Positions 63,914 to 64,000 of a stretch of 64,000 nucleotides of DNA are shown in pieces. Position 1 is the first letter of the stretch, and each line of letters starts with the position of its first letter. The notes under the pieces are model-generated. The model was given only the letters and a program-made list of their open reading frames with translations. It was not told where the DNA came from and made no database searches. Made by a program: the position numbers and the translations under genes. The stretch is from a virus: IMG/VR virus record IMGVR_UViG_3300029922_000014, positions 86,437 to 150,436 of that record, one strand, 5' to 3'.

Positions 63914-63992
63914 GGTCCGTGGGACCATTGGGGTATGGCGGCCAGCGTACCCGGATTGACACGATGTCAATCCTATTTCCTGCATGACGCGG
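63914..63992 (-). promoter_or_regulatory. Promoter cassette (B-A-C)
   Basis: Box C 63914, TACGCT 63944-63949, Box A 63957, Box B 63980. Confidence 0.8.
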
Positions 63993-64000
63993 AAAGTCTG

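Larger units (their letters stand above)
2364..63969. repeat. Dispersed Box A palindrome family, AYTGACA(CGA)TGTCART
   Basis: 13-mer starts 2364, 7209, 8991, 10741, 11906, 13602, 15248, 15660, 18575, 21568, 25064, 26553, 27197, 30849, 40641, 42983, 44181, 49690, 53391, 56781, 59494, 60185, 63030, 63957; variants at 35772 and 60890. Confidence 0.95.

Noticed and set aside
2364-63969. Box A as CRISPR repeat or integron attC
   Set aside because: Copies are 13-17 bp, irregularly spaced by kilobases and partly intragenic. There is no regular spacer array, cas gene or integrase, and no attC R/L boxes.
1-64000. tRNA/rRNA genes and alternative genetic code
   Set aside because: No cloverleaf or rRNA signature was recognised, and core genes are intact under the standard code.

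Overview
A 64-kb GC-rich segment of a large tailed dsDNA phage, probably a jumbo phage with T4-like morphogenesis genes. Essentially all genes are on the minus strand. The left ~27 kb is an accessory region of small hypothetical genes. It also holds GroES, a pilin-like protein, a 3D-domain protein, a solo TnpB, a LamG protein, a ~1070-aa modular protein, two HNH endonucleases, an ADP-ribosylglycohydrolase and a HAD nucleotidase. The right ~37 kb is core: intein-containing gp20-type portal, terminase, two HU-like proteins, Holliday junction resolvase, SbcCD, MazG, ThyX, NMP kinase, 5'-3' exonuclease, ParB-like protein, RecA, SSB-like protein, UDG-fused intein-containing family A polymerase, methyltransferase, primase, DnaB, SF2 helicase, WYL protein, RecQ and an SGNH lipoprotein. 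The most striking unexplained signal is a window-wide system of three different 13-bp palindromes, all with 5-3-5 geometry. Box A is TGACA-CGA-TGTCA (at least 24 copies), Box B is CCGCR-NNN-YGCGG (about 20) and Box C is GGTCC-NNN-GGACC (7). They are assembled at near-fixed distances into repeated promoter cassettes whose -35/-10 spacer is mostly 15 bp rather than 17. One A+B promoter sits directly upstream of the ParB-like gene, which suggests a KorB/stoperator-like global regulon. All calls come from manual motif reading; no database searches were run.
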